Origin: Chrysomallon squamiferum
Taxonomy: Eukaryota > Animalia > Mollusca
Assembly (NCBI GenBank): GCA_012295275.1
Contig: CM022672.1
Location: 11,222,001-11,286,000 of the forward strand
Length of the DNA stretch: 64,000 bases
Direction: 5' to 3'
The notes beneath the pieces were generated by a model that saw only the letters and a list, made by a program, of their open reading frames with translations, did no database searches and was not told the origin of the DNA. Below, one piece after another: positions 63,599 to 64,000 of this stretch (positions are counted from its first letter, which is position 1; every line of letters begins with the position of its first letter). The position numbers and the translations under genes are program-made.

Positions 63599-64000
63599 GT
63601 AAGAACAATTTTTAAAATAATTATAATCATAATGCATATCAATTTATAAAACACACATCTCATACTAATTTGAGTACTAATATTTATAATTGGGTAATTG
63701 TATACATTAATTTATTCACATAATTTTGTCATTTACAAAATTTCTCAATTAAAATTAACATTTTTTATTCTATTTATTTATTTATATTTTTTGCATTGTT
63801 AAAACTACTTGAAGTAAAAACAAAATTTAAATTATCTGATAAATTGAAAGTAATTAAACTTCCATAAATTCAGTTTTTGGGTTTTTTTTAAAACAGTTTT
63901 GTTAACTGGTATACAAACTAATTAGGAATATAATATACATATATGCATGCACAGATCTATATATATGCGTGCACACACACACACACATTAATTAAATAAT

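Noticed and set aside
63368-63615. C-terminal part of the 134-aa ORF 63211..63615
   Set aside because: Read-through of NHP2 intron 1; the real protein splices at 63367 to 63529 in a different frame.

Overview
AT-rich, microsatellite-rich animal genomic DNA with GT-AG introns, probably lophotrochozoan/mollusc-like (an inference from gene content and composition, not verified). I reconstructed five protein-coding genes by hand from splice sites and codon phase. (1) A minus-strand C2H2 zinc-finger gene with 12 fingers, running off the window start. (2) Nested antisense in its second intron, a two-exon PIF/Harbinger (HARBI1-like) transposase-derived gene with an intact ORF whose third catalytic residue (Glu) is replaced by Leu; no TIRs or Myb/SANT partner are visible. 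This is the best candidate for an undescribed domesticated system. (3) A complete 53-coding-exon TEP1 gene (TROVE-VWA-DUF4062-NACHT-WD40, about 2,675 aa). (4) PUF60 on the minus strand, with candidate micro-, cassette and poison exons. (5) The first two exons of NHP2. Three frame breaks (one in the zinc-finger gene, two in TEP1) lie in low-complexity runs and look like consensus errors. TEP1 repeatedly carries tandem duplications anchored on its own splice sites and stop codon. Three Tigger/pogo-type elements are present. No rRNA, tRNA or CRISPR array was found.
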